Positions 38,430 to 49,358 of a stretch of DNA of 64,000 nucleotides are shown one piece after another. The translations under genes were made by a program, and so were the position numbers. The stretch's first letter is position 1, and every line of letters starts with the position of its first letter. Source of the DNA: Mytilus trossulus (taxonomy: Eukaryota); assembly GCF_036588685.1 (NCBI RefSeq), contig NC_086376.1, forward strand, positions 36,146,001 through 36,210,000, read 5' to 3'. The notes under the pieces are model-generated. The model worked only from the letters and a program-made list of their open reading frames with translations. It did not search any database and was not told the DNA's origin.

Positions 38430-38993
38430 ATTGTATGATGCGTAGTGTTATTGTTGTGTCTGCATGTGCTTGTCACTTTTGCTTTCAGCCTCACCACTGG
38501 ATAGCAGCTTACTGTGAAAAGGAAGCCAAGTGTGCAAGTCTTCACTGCTAGCTGTTATAGCCTCTCATGCAGTAAGACCAATCTGACCAGATATATGGAA
38601 TCTTTCTCGAGCTGGCAGAACCACAGCGTTTCGAAGGAGACTAGACCCCTAGAAGCACGTCATGCAGGCCCACCGGTGTGTGAACACGTCCTGATGCCTG
38701 CAAACCTAGCCATCAGCTATGGGATAAATAACTTCACTGCCTTGTGGATGACCTAGTAAAAGTCAAAGGCTATGGAGGTAAATCCAGACAGAAAATCTGA
38801 GAAAATAGAGCGCGTAAGCTCAGCAACAGCAATCGTCTAAGGGAAGGAACATCCTGACAGAAAAACCCGACCCTTCAAGTAAGAACTTGAGCTTAGCCCT
38901 AACTTGTTAAAAAGGTACTATGTTACAGAAACAGTAACGAAGAATACTGCCCTACACTTCAATAGCGTACAAGGGCAGAAAGTAAGTAAGTAA
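38430..38993 (+). mobile_element. Probable RTE-type LINE/SINE remnant
   Basis: GC-richer island ending in a (GTAA)n tail at 38981-38993; no intact ORF. Confidence 0.4.
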
Positions 38994-39846
38994 CCCCATT
39001 TTTCTACAGGTGCAGCAAAACTTTATAACCAATGTTTTGTATCTATGAAGAAATTCTGTAAAAGGTTTAGTCAATTTATGTGAAACCTGACTTACTTATT
39101 TACCAGTTATACACAAACCACGTTCATTGAAATCTAAAATACGACTAAAGACGAGACAGAGTGTTTTAATTTTATATTCTTTTAGAAAGAGGGGGACAAG
39201 AGGATTTCGGAAAGACACTCTCAGACTTGGTACTAACGAGAAAATATGTTTGCCCAAAGCAGATAATAAATATTCTGTCCAACGAAAGGCGGGACAATAC
39301 ATGCAGGAAATAGTTGCATACATGAATGAAAATGAATTAAGTTGTACTATTATAACAACAGGTGAAAGGGGTCTTTTATTCACGAAAAATCCCCCTTGTC
39401 CCTTAAATCTAGTCGTCCCCTAATCTTGATATCTTCTGCAGCAACAGCGATCATGGCGATTAGTTTGGACCTTGTTCTACTCGGTATGAAACATATGTTT
39501 TACGAATTGCAATTTTTTCTTTGATTTCACTTCTAGTAGATTTTGAACTGTGTAAAAAATAGTATGTAATGTAATGCACTCTCCCATTCCGCCGTTGACC
39601 GGTTTTCAACGTAAAAGGAAAAATATGAAGGTGCGGACGCATTCAATTCGATCTTGCAGAAGCTGTTGTTAAACTGTGTGGCTTGTTCTTGGACTAGTAA
39701 AATGCAAAATTAAAGCCAAATGAAATACCTTTTAATGTAATATCAATGCCATGTTATACAGAATTTTGGATAAATGCAGACAAAACACTAATTTGGGGGT
39801 TCTGGGGCTTAACCAAATTTACCTCAACCCTAAACCAAGGTCTTAC

Positions 39847-39883
39847 CATGGAAGTATTATATTGACAATATAATACTTCCATG
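39847..39883. mobile_element. 37-bp perfect hairpin with 7-bp TSD, P-superfamily-like footprint or minimal element
   Basis: gtcttac|CATGGAAGTATTATATTG A CAATATAATACTTCCATG|gtcttac. Confidence 0.7.
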
Positions 39884-40254
39884 GTCTTACCAATACATTA
39901 TCCTATACTATTCTAACATCTTACACCTATAACCCTAAATCAAATTAGACTCTAACCTAACCTCGCATTTACAAGATAACCAAATATAAAAAAAAGGCCA
40001 AATAACGTGATCGATCAAATACTTTTAAAATTTTCTTGAAATGAAGTACTTGTAACTACATGCATGATAAAATATGTCGCAGTCACCTTAAACAACTGTT
40101 TTTAAGGATACCAGCATCCTTGTTTTTCTCCAGCATTCTACTGACTCATCCTAGTATCATTTGGTTGGTCTTTTATAACTGCATGTCTAATTGTCAATTA
40201 TACCACATCCTATTTCCATGTATAAGTTGTTCATGGCAAATTTTTGAATCCATT

Positions 40255-40965
40255 TTTTTTGCGTTATTCGTTTGCTCCATTGAAATCTTTAATGGTGTTT
40301 TGTTGGTTTTTTTTGCACTGTTCATTTGCTGTCTCAAGAAGTGCATTGTTTTTGTTTTTATTTGGCATCACCTGTTTGCTGTTTCAAGATGTGTACTTGT
40401 TTTTTTTTATATTTGGCATCATCTGTTTGCTATTTCAAGATGTCTATTGTTTTAGTCATTCATTTGCTCTCAAGATGTTGATGGTTTTGTTCTTTGTGTC
40501 GTTTATTTGCTGTCTCACGATATGTGTGAAGTTGGGTTTTTTCTTTTTGCATCGTTCGTTTGCTATCTCAAGATGTTTATTGTTTGTTTTTAAGCGTCGT
40601 TCGTGTGCTGTCTCGTTGCATTTTTGTTTTGAGTCATTCAGTTGCTGTCTCAAGATGTCTCTTGGGTTTTTTTATTGCGTCGTTTCTTTGCTGTCTCAAG
40701 ATTTCGATTATTCTGTTTTTAGGCGTCATTCATTTGCAATCTCAAGGTGTGTATTGTTTCGGCGTCGATCGTTTGTTGTCCTAATGTGTCTTATTTGTTT
40801 TTGCGTCATTCGTTTGCTATCTCAAGATTTCTTTTGGGTTATCTTGGTGTCGTTATTTTGCTGCCTCAAGATGACTATTATTTTTTTTCTATTTGCTTTC
40901 TCAAGATGTCGGTGTTTTTTTTTTCTCTGGTTGCATTCGTTTGCATTCTGAAGATGCTTATTGTT
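40255..40965. repeat. Degenerate ~40-55-bp tandem repeat
   Basis: Recurring cattcgtttgctgtctcaagatgt core, ~15 copies. Confidence 0.85.
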
Positions 40966-41444
40966 GTGTTTGTACCTCACATATTCATTTTTAAATAACC
41001 GTCGGTTAGGGTACTATACAAAAAGAAAATTGCCCAGCCTGTTTTGTACATCAATGTCAAGAAAGTTAAGACACCGGCAAATATGTGTTATTCCACCACA
41101 TTCTGTGTGTTTGACCAAATTCGGGAGCATGTAATTCAGTTGTCAGTTATTGTCGTTTGTTTCTGTATATCATAGTTATTTTTCGTTTTTTTTTTCTTAC
41201 ATTTTTCAATTCGGGCCTGTTATATCTTGCTTTGCGGTATAGGATTAGCTCATTGTTGAAGACCTAACGGTGACATGTAGATGGTAACGTCAACGTCATT
41301 TGGTCTGTGGTTGGCAAGCATACCGCATCTTACCCATCATATATCTCTATATCATAGAGGTAACAATGCACTTTACAAAACGAAAAAATCCGACAAAATG
41401 CTCACCACAGAAGTAAAAACATATCAAATTAGGTGAAACTGTTT

Positions 41445-41725
41445 TTCATGGACCAAAACTAATGTATCGCCTCTTTGACTAAAACTACTAATATATCACC
41501 TTGCGGACTTAACTATAATGTATTGCCTCGTGGACTAAAATTCATGTATCGCCGTGTGGACTTAAACTAACATGGCTTGTGAATTAAAAATAATGTACAG
41601 CATCTTGAAGTAAAACCAATATAATGCCTTGTTGAAAAACACTAATGTACCGTCTTGTGGACTAAAACTTATATACCGCATCGTTGACTAAAACTAATGT
41701 ATCGCCTTGTGGACTAAAACTAATA
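41445..41725. repeat. Degenerate ~30-bp tandem repeat
   Basis: Recurring gtggactaaaactaatgtatcgcc. Confidence 0.8.
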
Positions 41726-42091
41726 AAGTGATGCACCGCCATACGGTATACCTTAAATCAAAAGCCAGAATCAAAAGGTAAAATATTTTTTCCAGGACAT
41801 GGTTGCATTAGAAGAATCAGAGGAAGAAATACTACTATAAAATAAGGTTGCCCCTCCGTAAGAGGGGAGCCATAATTTAATCCAGTATTCAAGTTGAAAC
41901 TGATATGTCTTATCTTTTTAACTAGTTTCCCCCATAATATACATATCCAAAATAGCAATTTGCAGTTTGTTTACGCCAAATTCGTTTTTAGAATAAAAGG
42001 AAAAGAGTAAATAAATAAATGTTTATCCTAATAAAACAATAGTTAATAAACCCATATATATCTGACTTATATTACCAAAAAGATTAATTTA

Positions 42092-45000
42092 TTATCCAAT
42101 AATGTTTTTGTGTTCCTCCTTTATCTTTTTATCAATTCCTTGCATCTTTTTCATGACTGTGCCAAGTTGTTTATTGAACACGTTCACATCGTTTGAAGTT
42201 GCACTTTTCAATTCTTTTTTCAATTCTTTTGACTGAAACGTGTCGCCCATTTTCACTTGTGAATGCTCCATGTAATCTAAAAGTTTTAGGAGATCAACTT
42301 CCAGATGCATCAGATTTGAGTACATAGGAGAGTTAGCACCATATAAACCGTCCATCGAGACACTGTTCTCCTTATTTTTTTCTGTTACTATTTCGTCTAC
42401 CTGATTCTTTATTGTATCAGCCATTTTTTCTATTTTTAACGCTAATTTTGGTGAAGCACCTTTTTTCATCGTATTTGCGCGATATAGCATCTTTTCAATT
42501 TTCGATTTGATTAAATTGGCTTCTTTCTTGACTTGAAATCCCTTTTCCAGTATTGTTCCGGTCGCTTTTTTAATAATTGCGTTTGCCGTTGTGTTTGCAG
42601 TATTATTGGCTGTTATTTCGGCTGGTTTCTTTGCAATAAGTTTTTTAAGAACACTTAGTGTGTCGTTTTTCCCCCCGCTTTTTACTTTTGGTTTTGTCCC
42701 ATTTTTCTTCAATGCTTTTTGCTTAACCATTTTTTTCACATCCTTCATAATTACTTTATGTAAAGGTCTCTTCTTTTTAGAGTCAAACATTTTAGTAAGT
42801 TTATTTTTTTTCAGTGCTTTTCCTTTCACCATTTTTTTCACATCCTTCACAATTGCTTTATGTATAGGCGTCTTCTTTTTCAAGCCAAGTATTCCTGCAA
42901 TTTTATTTTGTTTCAGTGCTCCACCCTTCACAAATTTTTTCACATCCTTCAAAATTGCTATCTTTAAGGGTGTTTTCTTTTTCGAGCCAAGTATTCCTGC
43001 AAGTTTATTTTGTTTCAGTGCTTTTCCCTTCACAAATTTTTTCACATCATTCAAAATTGCTTTATTTAAAGGTGTTTTCTTTTTTGAGCCAAGTATTCCT
43101 GCAACTTTATTTTGTTTCAGGGCTGATCCCTTAACAAATTTTTTCACATCCTTCAAAATTGCTTTATTTAAAGTTGTCTTCTTTTTCAAACCAGGTTTTT
43201 CTGCAAGTTTATTTTGTTTCAGTGCGTCTCCTTTAACAATCTTTTTCACATCCTTCATAATTTCTTTCTGTAAAGGTGTCTTATTTTTGATAGATTTAAG
43301 TATTTCTGTAGTTGTTTTTTTCTTCAGTGCTTTCCCTTTAACAATCTTTTTTACATCCTTAATTATAGCTTTCATAAGTTGTTTTTTCTCACTAGGCTTT
43401 GTCTTTTTTCCAAACACCTTCTCCTTCTTGACTTCTGCTATTACCAGTTTCTTCAACAATTTTTCCGCTGCTTTCTGTTTAGGTTTTTTCTTGTCAGAAT
43501 TTGATTTTACCCCAAACATATTTTGAAGTGTCTGTTTTTTCGAGACAGGTTTTGCTTGTTTTTTCGAAACAGGTTTTCCTGCAAGTATATTTTGTTTTTG
43601 TGCGTTTCCTTTAACAATCTTTTTTACATCCTTCATGATTTTTTTATGTAAAGGTGTGCTCTTTTTTATCGACTTCAGTATTTCTGTAGTTGTTTTTTTC
43701 TTCAGTGCTTTCCCTTTAACAATCTTTGTCACGTCCTTAAGTATTGCTTTCATAAGTTGTTTTTTCTCGCTAGGCTTTGTATTTTGAAACACCTTCTCCT
43801 TCTTGACTTCTGCTATGACGAGTTTCTTCACCAATTTTTCAGCTGCTTTCTGTTTAGGTTTTTTCTTGTCAGAATTTGATTCCTCCCCAAACAAATTTTT
43901 AAGTGTCGTCTTTTTCGAGATAGGTTTTCCTGCTAGTATATTTTGTTTCTGTGCGTTTCCTGTAACAATCTTTTTTACATCCTTCATAATTTTTTTATGT
44001 AAAGGTGTGTTCTTTTTTATAGACTTTAGTATTTCTGTAGTTGTTTTTTTCTTTAGGTCTTTCCCTTTTACAATCTTTGTCACGTCCTTTAGTATTGCTT
44101 TCATAAGTTGTTTTTTCTCACTAGGCTTTGTCTTTTGAAACACCTTCTCCTTCTTGATTTCTGCTTTTACAAGTTTCTTCACCAATTTTTCCGCTGCTTT
44201 TTGTTTAGGTTTTTTCTTGTCTGAACTTGATTTCCCTCCAAACAAATTTTTAAGTGTCTTCTTTATCGAGATAGGTTTTCCTGCAAGTATATTTTGTTTC
44301 AGTGCGTTTCCTTTAACAATCTTTTTTACATCCTTCATAATTTTTTTATGTAAAGGTGTGTTCTTTTTTATAGACTTTAGTATTTCTGTAGTTGTTTTTT
44401 TCTTTAGGTCTTTCCCTTTTACAATCTTTGTCACGTCCTTTAGTATTGCTTTCATAAGTTGTTTTTTCTCACTTGGCTTTGTCTTTTGAAACACCTTCTC
44501 CTTCTTGATTTCTGCTTTTACAAGTTTCTTCACCAATTTTTCCGCTGCTTTCTGTTTAGGCTTTTTCTTGTCAGAACTTGATTTTCCCCCAAACAAATTT
44601 TGAATCGCCGTCTTTTTCGAGACAGGTTTTCCTGTAAGTACATTTTGTTTCAGTGCGTTTCCTTTTACAATTTTTTTTACATCCTTCATAATTTTTTTAT
44701 GTAAAGGTGTGTTCTTTTTTATCGACTTAAGTATTTCTGTAGTTGTTTTTTTCTTCAGTTCTTTCCCTTTAACAATCTTTGTCACGTCCTTAAGTATTGC
44801 TTTCATAAGTTGTTTTTTCTCACTAGGCGTTGTCTTTTGAAACACCTTCTCCTTCTTGACTTCTGCTATGACGAGTTTCTTCACCAATTTTTCCGCTGCC
44901 TTCTGTTTAGGTTTTTTCTTGTCAGAATTTGATTCCTTCCCAAACAAATTCTTAAGTGTCTTCTTTTTCGAGACAGGTTTTCCTGCAGATTTATTTTGTT

Positions 45001-48000
45001 TCAGTGCGTTTCCTTTAACAATCTTTTTTACATCCTTCATAATTTCTTTCTGTAAAGGTGTCTTATTTTTTATTGAATTAAGTATTTCTGTAGTTGTTTT
45101 TTTCTTCAGTTCTTTCCCTTTAACAATCTTTTTCACGTCCTTAATTATTGCTTTCATAAGTTGTTTTTTAGCACTAGCCTTGGTTTTTTTTCCAAACACC
45201 TTCTCCTTCTTGACTTCTGCTATAACGAGTTTCTTCAACAATTTTTCTGCTGCTTTCTGTTTAGGTTTTTTCTTGTCAGAATTTGATTTGCCCCCAAACA
45301 TATTTAGAAGTGTCTCCTTTTTCGAGGCAGCTTTTCCTGCAATTTTGATTTGTTTCAGTTCGTTCCCTTTAACAATCTTTTTTACATTCTTCATAATTTC
45401 CTTTTGTAAAGGTGTCTTATTTTGTATAGACTTAAGTATTTCTGTTGTCGTTTTTTTCTCCAGTGCTTTCCCTTTAACAATCTTTTTCACGTCCTTAATT
45501 ATTGCTTTCAAAAGTTGTTTTTTCGCACTAGGCTTTATTTTTTTTCCAAGCACATTCTCCTTCTTAACTTCTGCTATCACGAGTTTCTTCAACAATTTTT
45601 CCGCTGCTTTCTGTTTAGGTTTTTTCTTGTCAGAACTTGCTTTTCCTCCAAACATATTTTTAAGTATTGCCTTATTAACACTTTTGGTTGTCTTTGAATT
45701 TGATGTTGGTTCCAATATTTGTCCTATTATAGCATCTTTTTTCAATGCTTTACCTTTCACAATTTTCGTTACAATTTTAACCACTCCTTTCTTCGTAGGT
45801 TTCTTTTTTTCTTTGTTGATTGTCTTCGTAATATTACCTTGTTTTTCTTTAATTTCAGATATTACTTTTGTGCCATTTAGTGGTTGTGCGTCAATTTTCT
45901 TTTGCTCACTTTTCAATGTTTTAATCATTTTCATCATCTTATTTAATGCACTCTTTTCTTGAATGTTGGTCTTATTGTTTATTTGCTCAGTAGCTTGCTT
46001 TCTCTTAAGTTCTGCTTTGAGTGTCTTTTCGTTAGCTTTTTTTATTTTCTCCGCCGCAGCTTTGAGTTTCTTTTCGGTAGCCTTCTCTAATTTCTTTACT
46101 GCAACTTTTAGTTTCTTCATTTTATCCTTTTCCAACTTCTTAAGCTTTGTTTTGAGTTTCTTTGTTTTTTGCTTTTCCATCTTCTCAATCTTAGCTTTGA
46201 GTTTCATTGTTTTTGCCTGTCCCAATTCCTTAATCTTATTTTTGAGTAACTTTGTTTCAGCCTGTTTCATCTTTTTAAGTTCAGTTTTGAGTTTTTTTGT
46301 TTTAACCTGTTTCAACTTCTCAAGTTTGGTCTCGATTTTTTTGCTTTTAACTTCTTGTATTCGATCTAGCTTATTTTTTAGTTCCTTTGTTTTAACTTCT
46401 TGTTTCAATTTATTTAACTCTTCTTTGAGAATTTCTGATTTTGGATGTTTAATTTTCCCAATTTCTGTTGACAGATTCATTGCTTTATCGAGTTTTGATG
46501 TCGTTGGTGAAATGATGTCCGATGTCTTTCCTTTAAGTATTGCCTGGATGTCTGATTTTAGATCCTTTGCTTTCGAATTAAGTTGCACTGATTTAATTGG
46601 CTGAGTTGTCAAGGACTTTATCTTTTCTCCTGTAATAGCTTTACTTATAACGATAGGGGATTTTTTCATTTCCTTCACCATTTTCTTGATTTTCTTTGTT
46701 TCAACCTTTTTTAGTTTATCTAGATTAGCTTTGATTTTCTTTGTTTCAACTTTCTTGATCTCCTTAATCTTTTCTTTCACTTTCTTTGTTTCAACTTTCT
46801 TTAATTCCTTCAGTTTAGCCTTAAGTTCGATTTTTTTGACTGCTTGCACTTTCTTAGGTTTTGTACTGATTTTTTTAATTGCAACCTGTTTTACCTTCTC
46901 AAGTTTTTCCTTGACTTTTTCCATTTTATCCTGTTTTATGTTTTTAAGCTTAGCAGTTAGGTCCTTTGTTTCAACCTTCTTTTCTTTCTTGAGCTCAGTT
47001 TTGAGATTCTCTTTAGCTTGTTTTATTTTCTTAACGAGTTTGACTTTCTGAACTGCCGTAACAGTTGGGGTGGTAATAACAATTGGTTTACTTTCCATTT
47101 TCTTCAATTTCTTCTCGATTTTCTTTGTTCCAACTTCTTTTATCTTCTCTAGCTTAGCTTTGATTTTCTTTGTTTCAGCTTTCTTGATCTTTACAATCTT
47201 ATCCTTGACTTTCTTTGTTTCTGCTTTTTTCAATTTCTTAACTTTAGCCTTCAGTTCTTTTCTTTTAACTGCCTGTACTTTCTTGGGTTCTGATTTTATT
47301 TTTATTTTCGCAACCTGTACTACTTTCTTAAGTTTTTCCTTGACGTCATTCATTTTTTCCTGTTTTATGTGTTTAATCTTAGCAGTTAGTTTCTTTGTTT
47401 CAACCTGTTTTGTTTTCTCAAGCTTGGTGTCGAGTTTCTTTGCAGCCTTCTTTATTTCCTTAAGCTCTACCTTGATTTCACTTTTTTTGGCCTGTTTTAT
47501 TTCATTAAGCTTAGCAACAATTTTCTTTTTTTCCACCTGTTTTATTTCTTTAAGCTTAGTATTGAGTTTGTTTATTTTAGTCTGTTGTTTGTCTTTTGGT
47601 TCCGTCTTGATATTACTTGTCTCCTTCTGTTTTATGTTATTAATCTTTGCATTGAGGGACTTTGTTTTGACTTGTTCAATTTGCTTCAGTTTGTTATCGA
47701 GTTTCTTTGTTTCTTCCTGTTTCATTTCCTGTAGCTTAGCTTTGATAATCTTTGCTTGTGTCTCCTCTATCTTCTTAGGTATAGCTTCGATTTTCTCTAT
47801 TTTAGCCTGTTTAATTTTCTCTACCTTTGCAACGATTTCATTTTTCTTCGCCTGCTTGATTTGTTTAAGTTCTGCATTTATTTTATTTTTCCCAACCTCT
47901 TTCATTTTCTCCAACTTAGTGTTGAGTTTATTTATTTTAGCCTGTTGCTTTTTCTTAGGTTTAGTTTTGATAACTGATATTTTAGCCTCTTTTACCTTCT

Positions 48001-49358
48001 CAAGTTTTGCCTTAAGATTCTCTGTTTTAGCCTGTTTTATGCTTTCAAGTTTGGTATCGAGTTTCTTTATTTCAGCGTTTTTCACTTTCTTTAGCTCTGT
48101 TTTAATATTCTTTGCTTCAATCTTTTGTACCTTCTGACTATCAGCTTTGAGTTCCTTTGTTTTAAGTTGTTTTATTTTTTCGAGCTTAACATTTAGTTTC
48201 TTTGTTTCATCATGTTTTATTGTCTTAAGCTTGTCGGCTAGTTTCACTTTTTCAACTTTTTTCATTTTATCAAGCAGATTGTTAAGTTTCTTAGTTTCAA
48301 CCTTTTGTATCTTCTTCGGCTCATCTTTTATTTTCTTAGATTGAGTTTCCTTTATTTTTCCAATCTTCAAATCGAGTTTACTGGTTTCAGCTACTTTCAC
48401 TTTCTCAAGCTTTTTAAGAAGTTTTTTGGTTTCTATCTTTTTAACTTTTTTTAACTTAGCAATAACATTCTTTATTGCTGGTTGTTTTAATTTTATCTTG
48501 ATTGGTTTAACAATGAGTTTCTTAGCTGCAGTTTTAAGGTTTATCTTTACATTCACTTTCTTTTTCTTTGGATCATTCTTAATTCCTTTTTTTGTATCAT
48601 TCTTTTTCTTTGTTCCATTACTAAGTACGTTTGTTATAGTCTTAGTTTTAATCTTCTCTTTCCCAGACTTATATTTAGTGTCTTCCTTTATCTTCTCTGT
48701 CTTTGTTACTTTACCATTCTTTTTTGACTTAGCTTTAGTCACATTCTTTTTGCTTGACTTCTTTTTACTTCCTTTCTTGGTCTTCTTTGAATTAGCTTTA
48801 GTCACTTTCTTTGTGCCTGACTTAGATGTTGCTTTGGTGGGTTTGTTTATAATTTTTTTCGATTTCTTCACTTCTTTCTTTTTTATCTTGGTTGAAGTTG
48901 CTTTTGACTTTGGATTCTTTGATTTTACTACATTAGTTACCGTTGCCTTTTGAGAAACAGTGGTTGATTTGGGTTTCGGGGTTATTTTCTTTTGTAGTTT
49001 TTTAATCTCCGTTTGTAGGGATGTCAGTGTTTTATTTTTCTTGCTTGTCTGACCATTCTTAGTTATTACTACCTTACTCTTCTTCCCAGTAGAACGTGGT
49101 ATTGTTGGGATTCCTTTCGTGATTGCCCCCTTTTTAAACTCTATAGGTTCGATCGCTTTTATCTCAGATTTTCCATCCGCCTTAGAGTTGAGCAGCTGTA
49201 AAACTTGCGATTTGATTTTTTCAGATGGACCAGTCGTTGGCTGCTTTGGACCTGCCGAAGATGTACCAGTCGTTGGCTTCTTTGGACCTGCCGAAGATAT
49301 ACCATTGGCTGTGCGTGTATGTCGTAGAAGATTTTGCTGTAGTCCGTATCCTGGCCAT
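42092..49358 (-). CDS. 7267-nt terminal exon of the Lys-rich protein
   Basis: Unbroken frame. The ORF-track start at 48871 is a GTG; the frame stays open for 162 more codons up to the splice acceptor. Confidence 0.92.

Noticed and set aside
40060-40998. Overlapping hydrophobic Cys/Phe-rich ORFs up to 235 aa
   Set aside because: T-rich degenerate tandem repeat, open in several frames, with no splice or domain support.
48869-48871. ORF-track start of the 2259-aa protein
   Set aside because: It is a GTG; the frame is open up to the splice acceptor at 49359-49360.
42591-48953. Long Phe/Leu/Ser-rich plus-strand ORFs (up to 368 aa) resembling membrane proteins
   Set aside because: Antisense shadows of the Lys-rich (AAA/AAG) codons of the real minus-strand exon.
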